Positions 1 through 12,000 of a stretch of 64,000 bases of DNA are shown in pieces. Position 1 is the stretch's first letter. Each line of letters starts with the position of its first letter. Source of the stretch: Eledone cirrhosa (lineage: Eukaryota). Position numbers and translations under genes: made by a program. The DNA is taken from contig OZ024741.1 in NCBI GenBank assembly GCA_964016885.1, forward strand, positions 25,482,001 through 25,546,000, given 5' to 3'. The notes under the pieces were generated by a model. The model was not told the DNA's origin and ran no database searches. It saw only the letters and a program-made list of their open reading frames with translations.

Positions 1-3000
1 CTAATAGAAGACACTGTCTATGTTGTTTAACCCTTTCATTATCATATTTCTAATAGAAGACACTATGTTGTTTAACCCTTTCATTACCATATTTCTAATA
101 AAAGACACTGTCTATGTTGTTTAACACTTTCATTACCATATTTCTAATAAAAGACACTGTCTATGTTGTTTAACCCTTTCATTACCATATTTCTAATAAA
201 AGACACTGTCTATGATGTTTAACCATTTCATTATCATATTTCTAATAAAAGACACTGTCTATGTTGTTTAACCCTTTCATTACCATATTTCTAATAAAAG
301 ACACTGTCTATGTTGTTTAACCCTTTCATTACCAAATTTCTAATAAAAGACACTGTCTATGTTGTTTAACCCTTTCATTACCATATTTCTAATAAAAGAC
401 ACTGTCTATGTTGTTTAACCCTTTCATTACCATGTTTCTAATAAAAGACACTGTCTATGTTGTTTAACCCTTTCATTACCATATTTCTAAGAAAAGACAG
501 TCTATGTTGTTTAACCCTTTCATTATCATATTTCTAATAAAAGACACTGTCTATGTTGTTTAACCCTTTCATTATCATATTTCTAATAAAAGACACTGTC
601 TATGTTGTTTAACCCTTTCATTACCATATTTCTAATAAAAGACACTATCTATGTTGTTTAACCCTTTCATTACCATATTTCTAATAAAAGACACTGTCCA
701 TGTTGTTTAACCCTTTCATTACCATATTTCTAATAAAAGACACTGTCTATGTTGTTTAACCCTTTCATTACCATATTTCTAATAAAAGACAGTATGTTGT
801 TTAACCCTTTCATTATCATATTTCTAATAAAAGACACTGTCTATGTTGTTTAACCCTTTCATTACCATATTTCTAATAAAAGACACTGTCTATGTTGTTT
901 AACCCTTTCATTACCATATTTCTAATAAAAGACACTGTCTATGTTGTTTAACCCTTCCATTACCATATTTCTAATAAAAGACACTGTCTATGTTGTTTAA
1001 CCCTTTCATTACCATATTTCTAATAAAAGACACTGTCTATGTTGTTTAACCCTTTCATTACCATATTTCTAATAGAAGACACTGTCTATGTTGTTTAACC
1101 CTTTCATTAATATATATCTAATAAAAGACACTGTCTATGTTGTTTAACCCTTTCATTACCATATTTCTAATAAAAGACACTGTCTATGTTGTTTAACCCT
1201 TTCATTACCATATTTCTAATAAAAGATCCTGTCTATGTTGTTTAACCCTTTCATTACCATATTTCTAATAAAAGACACTGTCTATGTTGTTTAACCCTTT
1301 TATTACCATATTTCTAATAAAAGACAGTCTATGTTGTTTAACCCTTTCATTATCATATTTCTAATAAAAGACACTGTCTATGTTGTTTAACTCTTTCATT
1401 ACCATATTTCTAATAAAAGACACCGTCTATGTTGTTTAACCCTTTCATTATCATATTTCTAATAAAAGACACTGTCTATGTTGTTTAACCCTTTCATTAC
1501 CATATTCCTAATAAAAGACACTGTCTATGTTGTTTAACCCTTTCATTACCATATTTCTAATAAAAGACACTGTCTATGTTGTTTAACCCTTTCATTACCA
1601 TATTTCTAATAAAAGACACTGTCTATGTTGTTTAACCCTTTCATTATCATATTTCTAATAGAAGACACTGTCTATGTTGTTTAACCCTTTCATTATCATA
1701 TTTCTAATAGAAGACACTATGTTGTTTAACCCTTTCATTACCATATTTCTAATAAAAGACACTGTCTATGTTGTTTAACACTTTCATTACCATATTTCTA
1801 ATAAAAGTACACCGTCTATGTTGTTTAACCCTTTCATTATCATATTTCTAATAAAAGACACTGTCTATGTTGTTTAACCCTTTCATTACCATATTCCTAA
1901 TAAAAGACACTGTCTATGTTGTTTAACCCTTTCATTACCATATTTCTAATAAAAGACACTGTCTATGTTGTTTAACCCTTTCATTACCATATTTCTAATA
2001 AAAGACACTGTCTATGATGTTTAACCATTTCATTATCATATTTCTAATAAAAGACACTGTCTATGTTGTTTAACCCTTTCATTACCATATTTCTAATAAA
2101 AGACACTGTCTATGTTGTTTAACCCTTTCATTATCATATTTCTAATAGAAGACACTGTCTATGTTGTTTAACCCTTTCATTATCATATTTCTAATAGAAG
2201 ACACTATGTTGTTTAACCCTTTCATTACCATATTTCTAATAAAAGACACTGTCTATGTTTTTTAACCCTTTCATTACCATGTTTCTAATAAAAGACACTG
2301 TCTATGTTGTTTAACCCTTTCATTATCATATTTCTAATAGAAGACACTATGTTGTTTAACCCTTTCATTACCATATTTCTAATAAAAGACATTGTCTATG
2401 TTGTTTAACACTTTCATTACCATATTTTTAATAAAAGACAATGTCTATGTTGTTTAACCCTTTCATTACCATATTTCTAATAAAAGACACTGTCTATGAT
2501 GTTTAACCATTTCATTATCATATTTCTAATAAAAGACACTGTCTATGTTGTTTAACCCTTTCATTACCATATTTCTAATAAAAGACACTGTCTATGTTGT
2601 TTAACCCTTTCATTACCAAATTTCTAATAAAAGACACTGTCTATGTTGTTTAACCCTTTCATTACCATATTTCTAATAAAAGACACTGTCTATGTTGTTT
2701 AACCCTTTCATTACCATGTTTCTAATAAAAGACACTGTCTATGTTGTTTAACCCTTTCATTACCATATTTCTAAGAAAAGACAGTCTATGTTGTTTAACC
2801 CTTTCATTATCATATTTCTAATAAAAGACACTGTCTATGTTGTTTAACCCTTTCATTATCATATTTCTAATAAAAGACACTGTCTATGTTGTTTAACCCT
2901 TTCATTACCATATTTCTAATAAAAGACACTGTCTATGTTGTTTAACCCTTTCATTACCATATTTCTAATAAAAGACACTGTCCATGTTGTTTAACCCTTT

Positions 3001-6000
3001 CATTACCATATTTCTAATAAAAGACACTGTCTATGTTGTTTAACCCTTTCATTACCATATTTCTAATAAAAGAGAGTATGTTGTTTAACCCTTTCATTAT
3101 CATATTTCTAATAAAAGACACTGTCTATGTTGTTTAACCCTTTCATTACAATATTTCTAATAAAAGACGCTGTCTATGTTGTTTAACCCTTTCATTACCA
3201 TATTTCTAATAAAAGACACTGTCTATGTTGTTTAACCCTTTCATTACCATATTTCTAATAAAAGACACTGTCTATATTGTTTAACCCTTTCATTACCATA
3301 TTTCTAATAAAAGACACTGTCTATGTTGTTTAACCCTTTCATTATCATATTTCTAATAAAAGACACTGTCTATGTTGTTTAACTTTTCATTACCATATTT
3401 CTAATAAAAGACACTGTCTATGTTGTTTAACCCTTTCATTACCATATTTCTAATAAAAGACACTGTCTATGTTGATTAACCCTTTCATTACCATATTTCT
3501 AATAAAAGACACTGTCTATGTTGTTTAACCCTTTCATTACCATATTTCTAATAAAAGACACTGTCTATGTTGTTTAACCCTTTCATTACCATATTTCTAA
3601 TAAAAGACACTGTCTATGTTGTTTAACCCTTTCATTACCATATTTCTAATAGAAGACACTGTCTATGTTGTTTAACCCTTTCATTATCATATTTCTAATA
3701 AAAGACACTGTCTATGTTGTTTAACCCTTTCATTACCATATTTCTAATAAAAGACACTGTCTATGTTGTTTAACCCTTTCATTACCATATTTCTAATAAA
3801 AGACACTGTCTATGTTGTTTAACCATTTCATTACCATATTTCTAATAAAAGACACTGTCTATGTTGTTTAACCCTTTCATTATCATATTTCTAATAAAAG
3901 ACACTGTCTATGTTGTTTAACCCTTTCATTACCATATTTCTAATAAAAGACACTGTCTATGTTGTTTAACCCTTTCATTACCATATTTCTAATAAAAGAC
4001 ACTGTCTATGTTGTTTAACCCTTTCATTACCATATTTCTAATAAAAGACACTGTCTATGTTGTTTAACCCTTTCATTACCATATTTCTAATAGAAGACAC
4101 TGTCTATGTTGTTTAACCCTTTCATTATCATATTTCTAATAAAAGACACTGTCTATGTTGTTTAACCCTTTCATTACCATATTTCTAATAAAAGACACTG
4201 TCTATGTTGTTTAACCCTTTCATTACCATATTTCTAATAAAAGACACTGTCTATGTTGTTTAACCCTTTCATTACCATATTTCTAATAAAAGACACTGTC
4301 TATGTTGTTTAACCCTTTCATTACCATATTTCTAATAAAAGACACTGTCTATGTTGTTTAACCCTTTCATTACCATATTTGTAATAAAAGACAGTGTGTT
4401 GTTTAACCCTTTCATTATCATATTTCTAATAAAAGACACTGTCTATGTTGTTTAATCCTTTCATTACCATATTTCTAATAAAAGACGCTGTCTATGTTGT
4501 TTAACCCTTTCATTACCATATTTCTAATAAAAGACACTGTCTATGTTGTTTAACCCTTTCATTACCATATTTCTAATAAAAGACACTGTCTATGTTGTTT
4601 AACCCTTTCATTACCATATTTCTAATAAAAGACACTGTCTATGTTGTTTAACCCTTTCATTACCATATTTCTAATAGAAGACACTGTCTATGTTGTTTAA
4701 CCCTTTCATTATCATATTTCTAATAAAAGACACTGTCTATGTTGTTTAACCCTTTCATTACCATAATTCTAATAAAAGACACTGTCTATGTTGTTTAACC
4801 CTTTCATTACCATATTTCTAATAGAAGACACTGTCTATGTTGTTTAACCCTTTCATTATCATATTTCTAATAAAAGACACTGTCTATGTTGTTTAACCCT
4901 TTCATTACCATAATTCTAATAAAAGACACTGTCTATGTTGTTTAACCCTTTCATTACCATATTTCTAATAAAAGACACTGTCTATGTTGTTTAACCCTTT
5001 CATTACCATATTTCTAATAAAAGACACTGTCTATGTTGTTTAACCCTTTCATTATCATATTTCTAATAAAAGACACTGTCTATGTTGTTTAACCCTTTCA
5101 TTACCATATTTCTAATAGAAGACACTGTCTATGTTGTTTAACCCTTTCATTACCATATTTCTAATAAAAGACACTGTCTATGTTGTTTAACCCTTTCATT
5201 ACCATATTTCTAATAAAAGACACTGTCTATGTTGTTTAACCCTTTCATTACCATATTTCTAATAAAAGACACTGTCTATGTTGTTTAACCCTTTCATTAC
5301 CATATTTCTAATAGAAGACACTGTCTATGTTGTTTAACCCTTTCATTATCATATTTCTAATAAAACACACTGTCTATGTTGTTTAACCCTTTCATTACCA
5401 TATTTCTAATAAAAGACACTGTCTATGTTGTTTAACCCTTTCATTACCATATTTCTAATAAAAGACACTGTCTATGTTGTTTAACCCTTTCATCACCATA
5501 TATCTAATAAAAGACACTGTCTATGTTGTTTAACCCTTTCATTACCATATTTCTAATAAAAGACACTGTCTATGTTGTTTAACCCTTTCATTACCATATT
5601 TCTAATAAAAGACAGTGTGTTGTTTAACCCTTTCATTATCATATTTCTAATAAAAGACACTGTCTATGTTGTTTAATCCTTTCATTACCATATTTCTAAT
5701 AAAAGACGCTGTCTATGTTGTTTAACCCTTTCATTACCATATTTCTAATAAAAGACACTGTCTATGTTGTTTAACCCTTTCATTACCATATTTCTAATAA
5801 AAGACACTGTCTATGTTGTTTAACCCTTTCATTACCATATTTCTAATAAAAGACACTGTCTATGATGTTTAACCATTTCATTATCATATTTCTAATAAAA
5901 GACACTGTCTATGTTGTTTAACCCTTTCATTACCATATTTCTAATAAAAGACACTGTCTATGTTGTTTAACCCTTTCATTACCAAATTTCTAATAAAAGA

Positions 6001-9000
6001 CACTGTCTATGTTGTTTAACCCTTTCATTACCATATTTCTAATAAAAGACACTGTCTATGTTGTTTAACCCTTTCATTACCATGTTTCTAATAAAAGACA
6101 CTGTCTATGTTGTTTAACCCTTTCATTACCATATTTCTAATAAAAGACACTGTCTATGTTGTTTAACCCTTTCATTATCATATTTCTAATAAAAGACACT
6201 GTCTATGTTGTTTAACTTTTCATTACCATATTTCTAATAAAAGACACTGTCTATGTTGTTTAACCCTTTCATTACCATATTTCTAATAAAAGACACTGTC
6301 TATGTTGATTAACCCTTTCATTACCATATTTCTAATAAAAGACACTGTCTATGTTGTTTAACCCTTTCATTACCATATTTCTAATAAAAGACACTGTCTA
6401 TGTTGTTTAACCCTTTCATTACCATATTTCTAATAAAAGACACTGTCTATGTTGTTTAACCCTTTCATTACCATATTTCTAATAGAAGACACTGTCTATG
6501 TTGTTTAACCCTTTCATTATCATATTTCTAATAAAAGACACTGTCTATGTTGTTTAACCCTTTCATTACCATATTTCTAATAAAAGACACTGTCTATGTT
6601 GTTTAACCCTTTCATTACCATATTTCTAATAAAAGACACTGTCTATGTTGTTTAACCCTTTCATTACCATATTTCTAATAAAAGACACTGTCTATGTTGT
6701 TTAACCCTTTCATTATCATATTTCTAATAAAAGACACTGTCTATGTTGTTTAACCCTTTCATTACCATATTTCTAATAAAAGACACTGTCTATGTTGTTT
6801 AACCCTTTCATTACCATATTTCTAATAAAAGACACTGTCTATGTTGTTTAACCCTTTCATTACCATATTTCTAATAAAAGACACTGTCTATGTTGTTTAA
6901 CCCTTTCATTACCATATTTCTAATAAAAGACACTGTCTATGTTGTTTAACCCTTTCATTACCATATTTCTAATAGAAGACACTGTCTATGTTGTTTAACC
7001 CTTTTATTATCATATTTCTAATAAAAGACACTGTCTATGTTGTTTAACCCTTTCATTACCATATTTCTAATAAAAGACACTGTCTATGTTGTTTAACCCT
7101 TTCATTACCATATTTCTAATAAAAGACACTGTCTATGTTGTTTAACCCTTTCATTACCATATTTCTAATAAAAGACACTGTCTGTTGTTTAACCCTTTCA
7201 TTACCATATTTCTAATAAAAGACACTGTCTATGTTGTTTAACCCTTTCATTACCATATTTGTAATAAAAGACAGTGTGTTGTTTAACCCTTTCATTATCA
7301 TATTTCTAATAAAAGACACTGTCTATGTTGTTTAATCCTTTCATTACCATATTTCTAATAAAAGACGCTGTCTATGTTGTTTAACCCTTTCATTACCATA
7401 TTTCTAATAAAAGACACTGTCTATGTTGTTTAACCCTTTCATTACCATATTTGTAATAAAAGACAGTGTGTTGTTTAACCCTTTCATTATCATATTTCTA
7501 ATAAAAGACACTGTCTATGTTGTTTAATCCTTTCATTACCATATTTCTAATAAAAGACGCTGTCTATGTTGTTTAACCCTTTCATTACCATATTTCTAAT
7601 AAAAGACACTGTCTATGTTGTTTAACCCTTTCATTACCATATTTCTAATAAAAGACACTGTCTATGTTGTTTAACCCTTTCATTACCATATTTCTAATAA
7701 AAGACACTGTCTATCTTGTTTAACCCTTTCATTACCATATTTCTAATAGAAGACACTGTCTATGTTGTTTAACCCTTTCATTACCATATTTCTAATAAAA
7801 GACACTGTCTATGTTGTTTAACCCTTTCATTACCATATTTCTAATAAAAGACACTGTCTATGTTGTTTAACCCTTTCATTACCATATTTCTAATAAAAGA
7901 CACTGTCTATGTTGTTTAACCCTTTCATTACCATATTTCTAATAGAAGACACTGTTTTATGTTGTTTAACCCTTTCATTATCATATTTCTAATAAAAGAC
8001 ACTGTCTATGTTGTTTAACCCTTTCATTACCATATTTCTAATAAAAGACACTGTCTATGTTGTTTAACCCTTTCATTACCATATTTCTAATAAAAGACAC
8101 TGTCTATGTTGTTTAACCCTTTCATTACCATATTTCTAATAAAAGACACTGTCTATGTTGTTTAACCCTTTCATTACCATATTTCTAATAAAAGACACTG
8201 TCTATGTTGTTTAACCCTTTCATTACCATATTTCTAATAAAAGACAGTGTGTTGTTTAACCCTTTCATTATCATATTTCTAATAAAAGACACTGTCTATG
8301 TTGTTTAATCCTTTCATTACCATATTTCTAATAAAAGACGCTGTCTATGTTGTTTAACCCTATGTTGTTTAACCCTTTCATTACCATATTTCTAATAAAA
8401 GACACTGTCTATGTTGTTTAACCCTTTCATTACCATATTTCTAATAAAAGACACTGTCTATGATGTTTAACCATTTCATTATCATATTTCTAATAAAAGA
8501 CACTGTCTATGTTGTTTAACCCTTTCATTACCATATTTCTAATAAAAGACACTGTCTATGTTGTTTAACCCTTTCATTACCAAATTTCTAATAAAAGACA
8601 CTGTCTATGTTGTTTAACCCTTTCATTACCATATTTCTAATAAAAGACACTGTCTATGTTGTTTAACCCTTTCATTACCATGTTTCTAATAAAAGACACT
8701 GTCTATGTTGTTTAACCCTTTCATTACCATATTTCTAATAAAAGACACTGTCTATGTTGTTTAACCCTTTCATTACCATATTTCTAATAAAAGACACTGT
8801 CCATGTTGTTTAACCCTTTCATTACCATATTTCTAATAAAAGACACTGTCTATGTTGTTTAACCCTTTCATTACCATATTTCTAATAAAAGACAGTATGT
8901 TGTTTAACCCTTTCATTATCATATTTCTAATAAAAGACACTGTCTATGTTGTTTAACCCTTTCATTACAATATTTCTAATAAAAGACGCTGTCTATGTTG

Positions 9001-12000
9001 TTTAACCCTTTCATTACCATATTTCTAATAAAGGACACTGTCTATGTTGTTTAACCCTTTCATTACCATATTTCTAATAAAAGACACTATCTATGTTGTT
9101 TAACCCTTTCATTACCATATTTCTAATAAAAGACACTGTCTATGTTGTTTAACCCTTTCATTATCATATTTCTAATAAAAGACACTGTCTATGTTGTTTA
9201 ACTTTTCATTACCATATTTCTAATAAAAGACACTGTCTATGTTGTTTAACCCTTTCATTACCATATTTCTAATAAAAGACACTGTCTATGTTGTTTAACC
9301 CTTTCATTACCATATTTCTAATAAAAGACACTGTCTATGTTGTTTAACCCTTCCATTACCATATTTCTAATAAAAGACACTGTCTATGTTGTTTAACCCT
9401 TTCATTACCATATTTCTAATAAAAGACACTGTCTATGTTGTTTAACCCTTTCATTACCATATTTCTAATAGAAGACACTGTCTATGTTGTTTAACCCTTT
9501 CATTATCATATTTCTAATAAAAGACACTGTCTATGTTGTTTAACCCTTTCATTACCATATTTCTAATAAAAGACACTGTCTATGTTGTTTAACCCTTTCA
9601 TTACCATATTTCTAATAAAAGATCCTGTCTATGTTGTTTAACCCTTTCATTACCATATTTCTAATAAAAGACACTGTCTATGTTGTTTAACCCTTTTATT
9701 ACCATATTTCTAATAAAAGACAGTCTATGTTGTTTAACCCTTTCATTATCATATTTCTAATAAAAGACACTGTCTATGTTGTTTAACCCTTTCATTACCA
9801 TATTTCTAATAAAAGACACTGTCTATGTTGTTTAACTCTTTCATTACCATATTTCTAATAAAAGACACCGTCTATGTTGTTTAACCCTTTCATTATCATA
9901 TTTCTAATAAAAGACACTGTCTATGTTGTTTAACCCTTTCATTACCATATTCCTAATAAAAGACACTGTCTATGTTGTTTAACCCTTTCATTACCATATT
10001 TCTAATAAAAGACACTGTCTATGTTGTTTAACCCTTTCATTACCATATTTCTAATAAAAGACACTGTCTATGATGTTTAACCATTTCATTATCATATTTC
10101 TAATAAAAGACACTGTCTATGTTGTTTAACCCTTTCATTACCATATTTCTAATAAAAGACACTGTCTATGTTGTTTAACCCTTTCATTATCATATTTCTA
10201 ATAGAAGACACTGTCTATGTTGTTTAACCCTTTCATTATCATATTTCTAATAGAAGACACTATGTTGTTTAACCCTTTCATTACCATATTTCTAATAAAA
10301 GACACTGTCTATGTTGTTTAACACTTTCATTACCATATTTCTAATAAAAGACACCGTCTATGTTGTTTAACCCTTTCATTATCATATTTCTAATAAAAGA
10401 CACTGTCTATGTTGTTTAACCCTTTCATTACCATATTCCTAATAAAAGACACTGTCTATGTTGTTTAACCCTTTCATTACCATATTTCTAATAAAAGACA
10501 CTGTCTATGTTGTTTAACCCTTTCATTACCATATTTCTAATAAAAGACACTGTCTATGATGTTTAACCATTTCATTATCATATTTCTAATAAAAGACACT
10601 GTCTATGTTGTTTAACCCTTTCATTACCATATTTCTAATAAAAGACACTGTCTATGTTGTTTAACCCTTTCATTATCATATTTCTAATAGAAGACACTAT
10701 GTTGTTTAACCCTTTCATTACCATATTTCTAATAAAAGACACTGTCTATGTTGTTTAACACTTTCATTACCATATTTCTAATAAAAGACACTGTCTATGT
10801 TGTTTAACCCTTTCATTACCATATTTCTAATAAAAGACACTGTCTATGATGTTTAACCATTTCATTATCATATTTCTAATAAAAGACACTGTCTATGTTG
10901 TTTAACCCTTTCATTACCATATTTCTTATAAAAGACACTGTCTATGTTGTTTAACCCTTTCATTACCAAATTTCTAATAAAAGACACTGTCTATGTTGTT
11001 TAACCCTTTCATTACCATATTTCTAATAAAAGACACTGTCTATGTTGTTTAACCCTTTCATTACCATGTTTCTAATAAAAGACACTGTCTATGTTGTTTA
11101 ACCCTTTCATTATCATATTTCTAATAGAAGACACTGTCTATGTTGTTTAACCCTTTCATTATCATATTTCTAATAGAAGACACTATGTTGTTTAACCCTT
11201 TCATTACCATATTTCTAATAAAAGACACTGTCTATGTTGTTTAACACTTTCATTACCATATTTCTAATAAAAGACACTGTCTATGTTGTTTAACCCTTTC
11301 ATTACCATATTTCTAATAAAAGACACTGTCTATGTTGTTTAACCCTTTCATTACCATGTTTCTAATAAAAGACACTGTCTATGTTGTTTAACCCTTTCAT
11401 TATCATATTTCTAATAGAAGACACTGTCTATGTTGTTTAACCCTTTCATTATCATATTTCTAATAGAAGACACTATGTTGTTTAACCCTTTCATTACCAT
11501 ATTTCTAATAAAAGACACTGTCTATGTTGTTTAACACTTTCATTACCATATTTCTAATAAAAGACACTGTCTATGTTGTTTAACCCTTTCATTACCATAT
11601 TTCTAATAAAAGACACTGTCTATGATGTTTAACCATTTCATTATCATATTTCTAATAAAAGACACTGTCTATGTTGTTTAACCCTTTCATTACCATATTT
11701 CTAATAAAAGACACTGTCTATGTTGTTTAACCCTTTCATTACCAAATTTCTAATAAAAGACACTGTCTATGTTGTTTAACCCTTTCATTACCATATTTCT
11801 AATAAAAGACACTGTCTATGTTGTTTAACCCTTTCATTACCATGTTTCTAATAAAAGACACTGTCTATGTTGTTTAACCCTTTCATTACCATATTTCTAA
11901 GAAAAGACAGTCTATGTTGTTTAACCCTTTCATTATCATATTTCTAATAAAAGACACTGTCTATGTTGTTTAACCCTTTCATTATCATATTTCTAATAAA

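Noticed and set aside
28-34. Telomeric repeat (TAACCCT matches a permuted CCCTAA/TTAGGG unit)
   Set aside because: There is only one isolated unit per 49 bp and it is never tandem, so this is not a telomere tract. Single GGG runs 49 bp apart do not make a credible G-quadruplex. A subtelomeric location cannot be inferred from this alone.
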